Positions 13,652-13,712 of a DNA stretch of 13,712 nt are shown here, one piece after another (positions within the stretch are counted from its first letter, which is position 1; each line of letters starts with the position of its first letter). Below the pieces are notes generated by a model. That model ran no database searches and was not told where the DNA came from. It was given only the letters and a program-made list of their open reading frames with translations. Origin of the DNA: an uncultured archaeon (GTDB lineage: Archaea > Iainarchaeota > Iainarchaeia > Iainarchaeales > 0-14-0-20-30-16); NCBI GenBank assembly GCA_964480435.1, contig CAYZSS010000022.1, positions 1,343-15,054 on the forward strand. Direction: 5' to 3'. The position numbers were made by a program, and so were the translations under genes.

Positions 13652-13712
13652 ATGAAGAAATTACTATTATTGCTATTTAGTGTTATTTTTGTTGCGAGCT
13701 TGGGATTTTCTG
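13652..13712 (+). CDS. 5' end of a secreted/lipoprotein-like protein (truncated by window edge)
   Basis: ATG 13652 lies 6 nt after GAGGG. The ORF encodes MKKLLLLLFSVIFVASLGFS..., a typical signal peptide, and runs off the window. Confidence 0.5.
   Translation, partial: MKKLLLLLFSVIFVASLGFS

Overview
AT-rich (about one-third G+C by eye) archaeal chromosomal window, gene-dense and mostly housekeeping. The archaeal assignment rests on the P0/P1-type ribosomal stalk operon (uL1, uL10/P0, P1), ribosomal protein S8e and a NOG1-type GTPase. A small-genome, DPANN-like lineage is only an inference from composition and gene content. Other recognisable genes are a class II (adenosylcobalamin-dependent) ribonucleotide reductase followed by a CobA/CobO/BtuR-type corrinoid adenosyltransferase, a beta-CASP metallo-beta-lactamase nuclease, Hsp20, a site-2-protease (M50)/CBS protein, a probable Zn-phospholipase-C-fold protein, and several secreted or membrane hypotheticals. 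I found no rRNA, canonical tRNA, CRISPR array, transposase or integrase. Items worth a second look: (1) a GC-rich, highly structured ~200-nt RNA candidate between nrdJ and the adenosyltransferase gene, whose core (GCCACUG, hairpin, CGGGAA) resembles part of the cobalamin riboswitch; (2) a protein made of ~15 tandem decapeptide (double-pentapeptide-like) repeats; (3) clusters of perfect AT-rich hairpins/dyads confined to three intergenic spacers, including a 299-nt ORF-free spacer with at least seven of them; (4) an M50 protease homologue whose HExxH zinc site reads HDLAQ; (5) a duplicated translation-initiation region creating a 22-codon uORF ahead of P0; (6) a short P0 lacking the conserved stalk tail. 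All functional calls come from reading the translated ORFs and the DNA by eye. No database search or folding computation was run.
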